In this document: one piece after another, positions 9,526 to 19,028 of the stretch | Position numbering within the stretch: the first letter of the stretch is position 1 | Layout: each line of letters opens with the position of its first letter | Source: Clostridia bacterium | Lineage (GTDB): Bacteria; Bacillota; Clostridia; Christensenellales; CAG-138 | Direction of reading: 5' to 3' | NCBI GenBank assembly: GCA_036651815.1 | Contig: JAVVXB010000009.1 | Span: forward strand, 22,117 to 86,116 | DNA: 64,000 nucleotides | The notes under the pieces: model-generated | Seen by the model: the letters and a program-made list of their open reading frames with translations, nothing else | Databases searched by the model: none | Told to the model about the DNA's origin: nothing | Translations under genes and position numbers: made by a program

Positions 9526-10338
9526 TTGTCAACCGGTAAACTTTCGCGGGCTGTGGATGGATTTCATGCACTGGACGAACTCTCCGGGATGGATACCTCC
9601 ATCCACCGTCTGCATCCAATCAGCAAAGCACTGGTCACGCTCCTCTTTGTCGCCGCGGTGGTGTCATCCCCTCGGTTAGACATTGCGGAGCTTTGTCCTT
9701 ATTTTCTTTATCCACTTTTATTCGCTGCGCTCGCCGAAGTACCTGTACGACAGGTCTTCCGCCGGACGTTTCCAGCTTTGCCGTTTGTGCTGTTTGCAGG
9801 GATATCCAACATTCTCTTTGATTCCGCGCCCCATCTGTATCTCGGGCGCATTGCCGTGTCCAGAGGGGTTGTTTCCTGCTTGGTGTTAGTGGAGAAGACG
9901 CTGCTTTCCGTCTCGGCGGTGGTGCTGCTATCCGCCACCACACCCAGCGTGAGCTTACTGGCAGGCATGCAGCGCATGGGCATGCCTAAGATATTAATTA
10001 CTACCTGCATGCTATGCTTCCGTTATCTTTCCCTGCTGATGGATGAAGCCGGCAACATGATGCGTGCCTATCACTTACGCAGCGGACGGCAGAAAGGCAT
10101 CGACATGCGGGACATGGGTTCCTTTGCCGGTCAGTTGCTGCTACGAAGCTTTGATAAAGCAGGCCGGATCTACAGCGCCATGCAATGCAGAGGCTTTACC
10201 GGAAACTATCTGGTCGCGCAGACGGTGCCGGTGCATGCGCCGGATATTATCTATCCGCTGCTGATGGCCGTTATACTGGCGTTCTTTCGATTTTTCGGGT
10301 TTACGCGGCTGTTTGCCGCACTATTTGGAGGGATCTAA
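9526..10338 (+). CDS. cbiQ: ECF transporter T component (CbiQ/NikQ)
   Basis: 'IHRLHPISK', 'SATT', 'FRYL', 'AMQCRGF'; lies between cbiM and cbiO. Confidence 0.88.
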   Translation: MSTGKLSRAVDGFHALDELSGMDTSIHRLHPISKALVTLLFVAAVVSSPRLDIAELCPYFLYPLLFAALAEVPVRQVFRRTFPALPFVLFAGISNILFDSAPHLYLGRIAVSRGVVSCLVLVEKTLLSVSAVVLLSATTPSVSLLAGMQRMGMPKILITTCMLCFRYLSLLMDEAGNMMRAYHLRSGRQKGIDMRDMGSFAGQLLLRSFDKAGRIYSAMQCRGFTGNYLVAQTVPVHAPDIIYPLLMAVILAFFRFFGFTRLFAALFGGI

Positions 10339-10341
10339 TCC

Positions 10342-11037
10342 ATGCTGACGGTTCGAGGCGTTTCCTATCAATATCCGGACGGGGTATCCGCACTCAATCA
10401 AATTACGTTCACCATTCTCGGCAGCGAATCCGTTGGGCTGATCGGTGAAAACGGGGCTGGCAAGAGCACGCTGCTCTCGTTGCTCTGCGGGCTATTGATG
10501 CCAACAAGCGGGCAAATTGCCTATGACAGCATCCGATTGCAGAAGGACACACTGAAAAAAATACGCGAATCTGTTGGCATGGTATTTCAAAACCCTGACG
10601 ACCAACTATTTATGCCCACAATCTATGACGACGTTGCCTTTGGCCTGCGAAACGAGGGGTTGGATGAAGTCACCGTGCGTGCACGCGTGATGCATACACT
10701 GCATCATCTTGGCATTGAACACTTGGCTGACCGGCCGCCCTACCGTCTCTCCGGCGGAGAAAAACGCAGCGCGGCGATTGCCACCGTTGTAGCCATGAAG
10801 CCTGGTATTTTGTTTTTTGACGAACCCACGGCATTTCTGGACGCCAAATCCAAGCGCAACTTGATTCAGCTGCTTCCCTCCATCAACGCCGGCAAGCTGA
10901 TTGTAACCCACGATTTAGATCTGGTGGAGGCAACCTGCTCACGAGTATTGGTATTGCAAAAAGGACGGTTGCTTCGCGATGGTCCCACAAAAAGTATCCT
11001 CTCAGACAAAGCCTTTCTTGCCGAAGCAGGATTATAG
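10342..11037 (+). CDS. cbiO: ECF transporter ATPase (CbiO/NikO)
   Basis: Walker A GENGAGKST, 'FQNPDDQLF', LSGGE signature, DEPT. Confidence 0.92.
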   Translation: MLTVRGVSYQYPDGVSALNQITFTILGSESVGLIGENGAGKSTLLSLLCGLLMPTSGQIAYDSIRLQKDTLKKIRESVGMVFQNPDDQLFMPTIYDDVAFGLRNEGLDEVTVRARVMHTLHHLGIEHLADRPPYRLSGGEKRSAAIATVVAMKPGILFFDEPTAFLDAKSKRNLIQLLPSINAGKLIVTHDLDLVEATCSRVLVLQKGRLLRDGPTKSILSDKAFLAEAGL

Positions 11038-11132
11038 AATGTGGATTTAGACCGAGTGGAGGCCGACAGGTGGCGAATATGTGCATTAGAAAAAGGACGG
11101 TTGCTTCGCAATGGTGCCACAAAAAGCATCCT
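10912..11132 (+). repeat. Degenerate direct duplication of part of the cbiO 3' region (89 bp, 132 bp offset)
   Basis: 10912-11000 versus 11044-11132 align without gaps; AAAAAGGACGGTTGCTTCGC is shared exactly. Confidence 0.8.
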
Positions 11133-11421
11133 TGGAAAACTGGTGGGGTTGTGCATTTTTTTTGCTAGATTGTGTTTTTAGAACATTCAATCGTCCATAT
11201 TTAGAAAACCGATTTACATAGTTCCGATGCGTAGAAGCCATTGTGAGTGATGTACAACCATATGGCATGAGCAAAACCATTTAAAGTCATCACATTGATT
11301 CGCCAGTAGTGATGCATAAGTTTTTTATGAATTTGCCCTGAATCCTCATTTCGTAGAGGTTGCCAACTAAAAGTAAATGTGATATATTGGTGACAATTGG
11401 TTTTATGAAAGGGGTCGTATC

Positions 11422-13512
11422 ATGGACAGAGTTTTTCAAGTTGCGGCAATCTCCATTTCGGCCATTGCCTTTGCATTTGCGGCATGGTTGTTTTTATGGG
11501 TCAAGCGGTTGCCATCCGAAAATGTGAAGATCGCTAAGGCTGGGGATCTTATCAAACGCGGTGCGCGCACCTTCTTACGCAAGGAATACATTGTACTCGC
11601 AAAGTTTGCGGGAGTTGCTGGAATTCTTATCTTCCTGTTTCTGCCGTCGCCCATCTGGAAAGGTGATATTCTCCAAAATGCCATCATGGCTATTGCCTAT
11701 TTCATGGGCAATATCTTCTCCGCCATCGCGGGTAAAATCGGCATCGAAGTATCCACAATTGCGAACGTAAAAGCCGCTGAAGCGGCGAAAAAAGGCATCA
11801 AGCCGTCCTTTATGGCGGGCTTCCGTGGTGGCGCCGTCATGGGCATGGCCGTTGTGGGCGCAAGTCTTTTGGGCGTAACGCTGGTCTTTATGCTCACCGG
11901 CGATGCAACAACGGTGCTTGGTTTCAGCTTCGGCGCAAGCTCGCTGGCATTGTTTGCCAAGGCAGGCGGCGGCATCTTTACCAAGACCGCTGACATCAGT
12001 GCGGATCTTGTAGGTAAGGTTGAACTGGGTATTCCCGAAGACGATCCGCGCAACCCCGCAGTCATTGCAGATAACGTCGGCGATAACGTAGGTGACGTGG
12101 CCGGCATGGGCGCGGACTTGTTCGACTCCAACGTTGCCTCCATGGCAGCGGCGTTGATTATGGCGGTTGCTCTGGATAAAACACTTGGCGTTTCCCGCAA
12201 TGTCGCCATGGTGTTTTGTTTTGCCGCACTGGGACTTTTGGCCTCTATCATTGGAGTCATGACGGCACGGATTGGAAAAAATGGTAATCCAACAAATGCG
12301 CTCAACTCCAGCACCTATGTAACGACCGGCGTCTATATTCTGCTTACCGCAGCAGCTACCGCCGTATTTGGGTTTTCCTGGCGCATTTGGATGGCCTGCA
12401 TCTTTGGTCTTGTTGTAGGCGTCATCATTGGCATCACGACGGACTATTTTACCGACGATCACCGCAAGCCAGTCCACCATGTGGCAAAGGCCAGTAAGTC
12501 CGGCCCCGCATTCACCATTCTCTCTGGTATCTCCTATGGATTTCTAAGTGTGCTGCCTGCCATGATCGGCATTGGCCTTTCTGCGCTAGCAGCATACAAG
12601 CTCTGTGAGCCCATTGATCCCGCCCACCCCCTGGAATTTGCATTGTTTGGCATCTCCATGGCGGCAGTCGGCATGCTTTCCATCGTGGGCATGATCGTCT
12701 CCAACGATGCTTACGGACCCATTGTGGACAACGCGCGTGGTTTGGCTGAGATGGGTAATCTTGGCGAAGATGTGCTTAACATTACTGACGAGCTAGACTC
12801 GGCTGGCAATACGGTCAAGGCCGTTACCAAGGGCTTTGCCATTTCCGCAGCAGGTTTGACCGTCATCGCGCTGTTGGGCGCGTTTATGAGCGAAGTCAAC
12901 GTCGCCGCCGCTGAGCTGGGCGTTGTTGGACTGACGGGCTTTGACATTATGAACCCATTGGTGTTCTTTGGTCTGCTCGTTGGTGCAGCCATCCCCGCGG
13001 TGTTTTCTGCAATGTTGATATTGGGCGTCGATCGCAACGCACAACGTATGGTTGCTGAAATTCACCGTCAGTTCCGCGAAATCATCGGATTGAAGGAAGG
13101 CAAAGAAGGCGTTGAACCGGAATATGACCGTTGCATTGAAATTGCTACCACCGGCGCAATTAAAGAGTTGATCCCCGCTGGATTGACGGCCATCATCGCC
13201 ACGCTCGTGGTTGGATTTGTCGGCGGCGTGCAGGCCATCGGTGGCTTCTTAACGGGTAACATCATCAGCGGAATTCTGTTGGCACTGTTTATGAGCAATG
13301 CTGGTGGGCTTTGGGATAATTCCAAGAAGTATGTGGAATCCGGGCATGAAGGCGGCAAAGGCTCCGACGCGCACAAGGCTGCGATCGTTGGCGATACCGT
13401 TGGCGATCCATTCAAGGACACCGCAGGCCCCTCCATCAATACGCAGATTACGGTTGTATCTCTGGTTGCCTCGTTGATGTCCACCCTGTTCCTCACCTGG
13501 TCGCTATTTTAA
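11422..13512 (+). CDS. hppA: Membrane-bound ion-translocating pyrophosphatase (divergent; K+-independent signature)
   Basis: ADLVGKVE, EDDPRN, DNVGDNVGD, YGPIVDNA and GDTVGDPFKD motifs; GNTVKA carries the Lys of K+-independent enzymes. Confidence 0.93.
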   Translation: MDRVFQVAAISISAIAFAFAAWLFLWVKRLPSENVKIAKAGDLIKRGARTFLRKEYIVLAKFAGVAGILIFLFLPSPIWKGDILQNAIMAIAYFMGNIFSAIAGKIGIEVSTIANVKAAEAAKKGIKPSFMAGFRGGAVMGMAVVGASLLGVTLVFMLTGDATTVLGFSFGASSLALFAKAGGGIFTKTADISADLVGKVELGIPEDDPRNPAVIADNVGDNVGDVAGMGADLFDSNVASMAAALIMAVALDKTLGVSRNVAMVFCFAALGLLASIIGVMTARIGKNGNPTNALNSSTYVTTGVYILLTAAATAVFGFSWRIWMACIFGLVVGVIIGITTDYFTDDHRKPVHHVAKASKSGPAFTILSGISYGFLSVLPAMIGIGLSALAAYKLCEPIDPAHPLEFALFGISMAAVGMLSIVGMIVSNDAYGPIVDNARGLAEMGNLGEDVLNITDELDSAGNTVKAVTKGFAISAAGLTVIALLGAFMSEVNVAAAELGVVGLTGFDIMNPLVFFGLLVGAAIPAVFSAMLILGVDRNAQRMVAEIHRQFREIIGLKEGKEGVEPEYDRCIEIATTGAIKELIPAGLTAIIATLVVGFVGGVQAIGGFLTGNIISGILLALFMSNAGGLWDNSKKYVESGHEGGKGSDAHKAAIVGDTVGDPFKDTAGPSINTQITVVSLVASLMSTLFLTWSLF

Positions 13513-13549
13513 GCAATTGAATTCACGATAATCCCTAACCGCGTTATGA

Positions 13550-13590
13550 AAAACACGGGACTGTTCCGGAATGGACAGCCCCGTGTTTTT
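13550..13590 (+). terminator. Rho-independent terminator after hppA
   Basis: AAAACACGGGACTGT...ACAGCCCCGTGTTTT hairpin with T tract. Confidence 0.75.
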
Positions 13591-14013
13591 ATCGATTGGG
13601 TTTGGCCACGCTGTCAGCGCGATTATCGCTGTTCTACAATTGATGCTCCTTGGTTTTATTGATGGCATTTATCATTTTTTGGCTTACGGTGGATTTTTTC
13701 CCTTGTTTCAATAAAAAATTCTCTGTCTTACTAATGATAAATCCGAAGTTTTAACTTTTTAATGGAAATACAGATATCCGAGGTGCTTAGCTTGGAATTG
13801 AGAAACATCCTCTGTTTCAGATCGTTTGTAACGCAGCTGCTTTCAATATTGGCATTGGTAAGAACGCTCGCTCGCTGCACCTGATTTGCTTACCTGATAC
13901 CATTCAGCAGCACATTCTCACGACGCCGCACTGCCAACAGGAATCTGATGGAAAAATAACAACGCGCCCATGACGAACGCGTGAAAACTGAAAACACGCC
14001 AACCCGATGCTCT

Positions 14014-14685
14014 TTAAATTTGGATATTCACACCAGCAAGCAGTTGTCCCAGCTGGGCAGCTTGTTCCAAATTCACCATGGCACCGCGCAGCTCCTGACC
14101 CATGATGCTAATTCCCCGCAAATCCGAGGTAGATAGGTCGATACCTTTCAGTTCCGTCTGAAACAATTCGCATTTCCCAAGATCACATGCAGAAAAAGCC
14201 ACCTGCTTCAATTGACAACCTGCCAAACTGGCCGAATTTAGATTGCAATTCAGAAATGAAGTATATTTCATCTTCGATCCATTCAAATTCGCATAACGCA
14301 AGAGGCAGTCCTGAAAGGTCACATCCAGGCAATATGCCTCATTCAGGTTAGTGCCAAGCATCTTGCAGTTGTTCATTGTGACACGCTGCAGGGAGGCTTT
14401 GTTCATCTGGCAATTGGACAGATCGCATTGTTCAAAAACGCAATCATCAAAGGATGTCCGTTCCAGCGAGCAGTCCAACAGTTTGCAGCCGATCAGGCAG
14501 CAGCCATGAAATTCCACTCGATCCAACCTTTCGGATGACATGCACAGCCCTTCAAAAAGCAGCTTCTCAAGATCGAGTTCCTCTTGCGCAGATTGCAGCA
14601 ATATGGCCGATAAATTCGGCGGGGATTGCAACATGGTTCGATCCAGACGCGGTGATTTCACTTTGATACCCATCATTTTTTCCAT
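14014..14685 (-). CDS. Pentapeptide repeat-containing protein
   Basis: Tandem 5-residue repeats (CDLSN, TNLNE, ANLNG, CNLNS, ASLAG, IDLST, SDLRG); ATG 14685 lies 6 nt after TGcTATACT. Confidence 0.88.
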   Translation of the reverse strand: MEKMMGIKVKSPRLDRTMLQSPPNLSAILLQSAQEELDLEKLLFEGLCMSSERLDRVEFHGCCLIGCKLLDCSLERTSFDDCVFEQCDLSNCQMNKASLQRVTMNNCKMLGTNLNEAYCLDVTFQDCLLRYANLNGSKMKYTSFLNCNLNSASLAGCQLKQVAFSACDLGKCELFQTELKGIDLSTSDLRGISIMGQELRGAMVNLEQAAQLGQLLAGVNIQI

Positions 14686-14883
14686 GGCTCCAGTATAGCA
14701 CACCCCTGCTGAAGTGAGCAAAATAGATTCGCAGCGTTTGAACGCTTCATCTCAACTCTCAGAAATTACAAACCATCAGGTCTTCTGCCCGTTTGGCTTT
14801 CAACCTGATGGTGCATAGATGATATCAGCAAAATTGGACTGTCGCAGCAGATATATATTAGACGACCGCTACTCCCGGAAACG

Positions 14884-16272
14884 TTACTTTTTTCTGCTGA
14901 CTCTTGGTTTGATCTTGTAGATGAGAAGCATTAGCGCTGCAAAGTAAGCAATCAGCAGCCCGAAGGTGAGCATCAGCATGGTCTCAGACTGGGGAGCCAG
15001 TGAAACAAATGCGAGCATCGGTGCACCAAGAACGATGGCAAAGCTGCTGCCCGTCACAAGATTGTTTGCTGCTGGTGTCCGGTAATACGGATCGATTTCG
15101 CGAAGAAGCAATACGCCAGAGCTAATGGTTCCCGTCATCATGCCGAACATCGAAAAATACCCTTCATAGAAGTACCCGGGATATGTCTTTTTACATACAG
15201 TTTTTAGATAGATATGGGTTACAATGCACCCAGAAACCGCCATCAGGATGAATGGCAACCAGAGATTCTGCATGTCGGAAATATCGATGGAAGCAATGCC
15301 ACAGATAATCATAAAATCAAACGCCGCGCCCGAAATTCGGTTAAGCAAATAACTGTTCTGATACTGCCGCGTCATAATCTTCACCTTGCGCAAGGAGCAA
15401 AATACTGCGCGGCAAGCCATGGCGAGTACCGAGCCAACAATAAAATTGAATCCCCAAAGTATGGAGTTCACGGTTTTACCAATCCCTGGGGCAATTGCAT
15501 TCAGCCCTGTTGTAATGCCCTTAGTGAGTAAGAACGTTGCCAAATAAATCAGCAAGACCAAGGCCAGCTGCACAGAAAAACGATCAACAGACTCCGAAAT
15601 CGGAATTTCATTTTTATCCTCAAAGCAATCTGTGGAGGTTGATCCGGAAAGCTTCGGTGGGTTCTGTATCGCGATCTTGCCTTTTTTCCGTAGAATTGAT
15701 AAATAGATCACCCCAACCGTGCAGGCACAAAGATATCCGGCAGCAGCAATGGAAAGCCCGAAGGATTGCCCGTTTGCAAAGCCCATCTGTTCATACATCA
15801 GACCTACATTATTGGCCTGTCCGGGGCCCTGACCATATCCCATCGGCAGCAGAATGCCGGCTGCTTTAAACAACCCCGGCATGATGGTATAGCCCAGCGT
15901 GACCGTGATTGCAAGTCCCACAATGCCCTGAATGAGATAGGAGCCAATGATAACCGCGCCACTTTTCAACCCGATTAGCTCGCCTTTCAATTCACCGCCA
16001 TCATCGTTTGGCACCCGCAGGGACATGGCAATAAAGCCAATGGCAATGGCATGATAGGTCACGGTTTCCAAAAATTCGGAGGAGATGTTGATTACATTAA
16101 ATTCGCGTAATAACAGCAGCAGAAAACCTGCCAGCACCGGTGTCGGAATCAAAAGCTTGCGGATAAATGCGACTTTACGAAGCAGTACATTGGAGATCAG
16201 CATCATTCCGGCAAGAATGCCATAGGAGATGATTGGATTCCAGAGCGCTGTATTTTCATAAGAAAATATCAT
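14884..16272 (-). CDS. Sodium:glutamate symporter (GltS/ESS) family transporter
   Basis: Multi-TM; 'LLIPTPVLAG', 'PMGYGQGPGQA', 'FGMMTGTISSGVLLLREIDP' re-entrant loop motifs. Confidence 0.75.
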   Translation of the reverse strand: MIFSYENTALWNPIISYGILAGMMLISNVLLRKVAFIRKLLIPTPVLAGFLLLLLREFNVINISSEFLETVTYHAIAIGFIAMSLRVPNDDGGELKGELIGLKSGAVIIGSYLIQGIVGLAITVTLGYTIMPGLFKAAGILLPMGYGQGPGQANNVGLMYEQMGFANGQSFGLSIAAAGYLCACTVGVIYLSILRKKGKIAIQNPPKLSGSTSTDCFEDKNEIPISESVDRFSVQLALVLLIYLATFLLTKGITTGLNAIAPGIGKTVNSILWGFNFIVGSVLAMACRAVFCSLRKVKIMTRQYQNSYLLNRISGAAFDFMIICGIASIDISDMQNLWLPFILMAVSGCIVTHIYLKTVCKKTYPGYFYEGYFSMFGMMTGTISSGVLLLREIDPYYRTPAANNLVTGSSFAIVLGAPMLAFVSLAPQSETMLMLTFGLLIAYFAALMLLIYKIKPRVSRKK

Positions 16273-16428
16273 TTGTATATCCCCCATTTTCAGCGATAAA
16301 AATACCGCGTGCCTATCGGTTTTCAAGTCTTAATTGTCACTCGAATCGTCATCGCCAATGGAAGGGAGGATGTTTTCCCCCCTTCCTTCCAGGTGTACCG
16401 ACCGGGACAATCCAGTTCATTTGCGCAT

Positions 16429-16569
16429 TTATTTATTCTTTTTTGGTTTCAGCCCGGTCAGCCAATTCAGCAAACCAATGCAGAGCATGATGATGCCTGT
16501 TACCAGGAAAATGCCCAGCATTCCTTTTGCCATGACCGGTAGTGTAAATAAAAACTGTTCAATATTCAT
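16429..16569 (-). CDS. 46-aa single-TM protein, OadG-related small subunit (absent from the ORF track)
   Basis: MNIEQFLFTLPVMAKGMLGIFLVTGIIMLCIGLLNWLTGLKPKKNK; 'GM.GIFLV' resembles the OadG N-terminal helix; AGGGG RBS overlaps the oadB stop. Confidence 0.78.
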   Translation of the reverse strand: MNIEQFLFTLPVMAKGMLGIFLVTGIIMLCIGLLNWLTGLKPKKNK

Positions 16570-16579
16570 AGACGTTCCC

Positions 16580-17701
16580 CTATCCCAACAAATTCAGTAT
16601 CAATCCGCCTGCAATGACGGATGCAATCTGCCCGGAGACGTTTGCACCGGCCGCATGCATCAGCAGAAAGTTCTGGTTGTCCTCAGCAAGTCCCATCTTA
16701 TGTACCACACGCGCAGACATTGGGAACGCTGAAATCCCCGCCGCGCCAATCATGGGGTTGACCTTATGCTTGCAAAACAGATTCATAATTTTTGCAAACA
16801 TAACGCCACCAATGGTATCAAAAACAAAGGCGACCAGTCCAAGCCCCAAAATCAGCATCGTGCGAGGATTCAAAAATGCATCTGCCTGCATACGCGCAGC
16901 CACGGTGATCCCAAGAAACAGCGTAATGAGATTGGCCAGCACCTTTTGGGCAGTATCAGAGAGTGAATTCAATACGCCGCATTCGCGAATAAGATTCCCA
17001 AACATGAGGAATCCGATCAGTGCAACGGATCGCGGAGAGACGATGCCCGCAACAATGGTCACCAAGATGGGAAACAAAATGCGCGTGAGCTTGGTGACAT
17101 TCGTCTTTGAATATTCCATTCGAATTCGCCGTTCATCCTTCGTTGTGATCATTCTGATAATGGGTGGCTGCACAATCGGCACAAGCGCCATATACGAATA
17201 GGCTGCAACGATGATCGGCCCAAGATAGTTCGAGTTAAAGTAGCTGGCCACAAATATAGAGGTTGGGCCATCCGCCGCGCCAATGATGGCAATTGAGGCC
17301 GCATCTTTGATTGGAAAGCCCAGCAAAGAGGCTAGGCTCAGCGTGAAAAAAATGCCGAACTGTGCCGCTGCGCCAAACAGCATGAGCTTTGGATTGTTCA
17401 GCAACGGGCCAAAGTCAATCATTGCGCCGATGCCGATAAACAGCAGCAGCGGAAACAATTCGTTGGCTATACCTGAATCAAACAGCACATCAATAATGCC
17501 GATTTCTCGCACACCCTCAATCACCTGTGTAACTGCACCGGACATTGGCAGATTCACCAGAATCGCACCAAACCCCATGGGCAGCAGCAGCGCAGGTTCC
17601 ATATCCTTCTTAATAGCAAGAAAGATCAGCAACCCTCCGATGATCCACATGACAACCTGTTGCCATTGAAGATTCCCTAAATTTCCGAATATTACTTCCA
17701 C
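16580..17701 (-). CDS. oadB: Sodium-translocating decarboxylase beta subunit (OadB/GcdB/MmdB family)
   Basis: 'EPALLLPMGFG', 'GAMIDF', 'IIGAADGPTSI', 'AYSYMALVP', 'GISAFPMSAR', 'GANVSGQIAS'; GTG start after GGAG. Confidence 0.9.
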   Translation of the reverse strand: MEVIFGNLGNLQWQQVVMWIIGGLLIFLAIKKDMEPALLLPMGFGAILVNLPMSGAVTQVIEGVREIGIIDVLFDSGIANELFPLLLFIGIGAMIDFGPLLNNPKLMLFGAAAQFGIFFTLSLASLLGFPIKDAASIAIIGAADGPTSIFVASYFNSNYLGPIIVAAYSYMALVPIVQPPIIRMITTKDERRIRMEYSKTNVTKLTRILFPILVTIVAGIVSPRSVALIGFLMFGNLIRECGVLNSLSDTAQKVLANLITLFLGITVAARMQADAFLNPRTMLILGLGLVAFVFDTIGGVMFAKIMNLFCKHKVNPMIGAAGISAFPMSARVVHKMGLAEDNQNFLLMHAAGANVSGQIASVIAGGLILNLLG

Positions 17702-17733
17702 GTTAGTTCTCCAATCCTTAAAATACCAAGTGT

Positions 17734-17826
17734 ATCATACGATAAAACTACACCGATAGCAATTGCAAATGCTTTTTCTTTAATATGCGCTTGATGTCAA
17801 CGCAAAAATCTTTATGCTGTCTTTAT
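17734..17826 (-). promoter_or_regulatory. sigmaA promoter of the oadB operon plus a candidate OmpR/KdpE-type direct-repeat operator
   Basis: Minus strand TTGCTA-N17-TATGAT (17762-17734); TCTTTAT repeated with 11-bp period at 17809 and 17820. Confidence 0.5.
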
Positions 17827-17934
17827 TCATTTAAATATATTCGCAAAAAATATTTTGCTGCAAATACCGATTTCTTTGTGGATGAAAACTGTGATATAAT
17901 ACATACAGAGTTTATCATTGCAAGGAAATATAGC

Positions 17935-19026
17935 ATGCACCTCAATTCAATTTCAAAGATGCAACGCAGTCCCATCCAAAGATGGCTTCGTGATACGCTT
18001 ATCACTGTCGGCATCCTTACCGCAGCAATCGTTCTGTGTGTGTTGCTCGTCATGATTGATGACGTACATCATGGCGATGCCTATGTCTCCATGGTATTTA
18101 TTCTGGCGGTTCTGCTGACCTCCCGTTTTACAGACGGCTATCCTTATGGCATAATCGCTTCTCTCGTCAGTGTTTTGGCTGTCAACTATTTTTTCACGTA
18201 TCCCTATTGGGCATTCAATTTTTCTTTACCGGGATATCCCATCACTATTATCTGCATGTTGGGTGTTTCTATCACCACCAGCATGCTTACTTCCAGAATC
18301 AAGCAGCAGGAATACCTGCATTATGAAACCGAGTGTGAAAAGATGCGCGCCAATCTGCTGCGCGCGGTTTCCCACGATCTGCGTACACCACTGACCTCCA
18401 TCCTCGGTGCCAACTCCGCCATCATGGAAAACGACGATGTGCTAACCAAGCAACAACGCATGCAACTGTTGCACGATGTAAATGAAGACGCTCAGTGGCT
18501 CATCCGCATGGTCGAAAATCTACTGACCATCACGCGCATTCAGCAGGATCAGTCCGTAGAAATTGTCAAGACGCCCGAAGCCACCGAGGAAGTCGTTGCG
18601 GAAGCTGTTCATAAATTTCACAAACGCTTTCCCGAAGTCGTCATTGCCGTTTCTGTGCCGGACGCATTGTTGATTTGCCCGATGGATGCAATTCTCATTG
18701 AACAGGTTTTGATTAATCTGCTTGAAAATGCTGTGCTGCATGCCTACGGAGCAACGAGCATCGCGCTGTCCGTCACCACGCAAGGGGAAGATGCTGTTTT
18801 TTCCGTCACCGACAATGGCTGCGGATTGACGAAGGATCAGCTTTGCGCTAGTTCGAAAGGAATATTATTCGCCCCTGAGCGCCAAGGCGACGGCAAGAAA
18901 AACATGGGAATCGGGTTATCCGTCTGCAATACGATCGTCCAGGCGCACGGCGGTATTTTTCAATTAGAAAATCGAGCCAGCGGAGGGGCGATCTTCCGTT
19001 TCAAATTACCTTTGAAAGAGGCGTAA
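17935..19026 (+). CDS. DUF4118 sensor histidine kinase (truncated KdpD-like)
   Basis: Four TM helices with 'NYFFTYPY'; 'LLRAVSHDLRTPLT' H-box, 'NLLENA', 'DNGCG', 'GIGLS'; lacks the KdpD N-terminal, Usp and GAF domains. Confidence 0.88.
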   Translation: MHLNSISKMQRSPIQRWLRDTLITVGILTAAIVLCVLLVMIDDVHHGDAYVSMVFILAVLLTSRFTDGYPYGIIASLVSVLAVNYFFTYPYWAFNFSLPGYPITIICMLGVSITTSMLTSRIKQQEYLHYETECEKMRANLLRAVSHDLRTPLTSILGANSAIMENDDVLTKQQRMQLLHDVNEDAQWLIRMVENLLTITRIQQDQSVEIVKTPEATEEVVAEAVHKFHKRFPEVVIAVSVPDALLICPMDAILIEQVLINLLENAVLHAYGATSIALSVTTQGEDAVFSVTDNGCGLTKDQLCASSKGILFAPERQGDGKKNMGIGLSVCNTIVQAHGGIFQLENRASGGAIFRFKLPLKEA

Positions 19027-19028
19027 AT

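Noticed and set aside
10912-11132. Possible diversity-generating retroelement TR/VR pair
   Set aside because: Mismatches involve all four bases, the target would be an ABC ATPase, and there is no reverse transcriptase in the window.
13600-14010. Possible gene remnant or sRNA between hppA and the pentapeptide gene (similarly 40440-40870 and 49680-50040)
   Set aside because: No recognisable protein motif or convincing structure; the short ORFs lack RBS and coding-like composition.
14014-14685. Pentapeptide protein as a Qnr quinolone-resistance gene
   Set aside because: Generic chromosomal pentapeptide protein; I cannot identify Qnr-specific loops and there is no mobile context.
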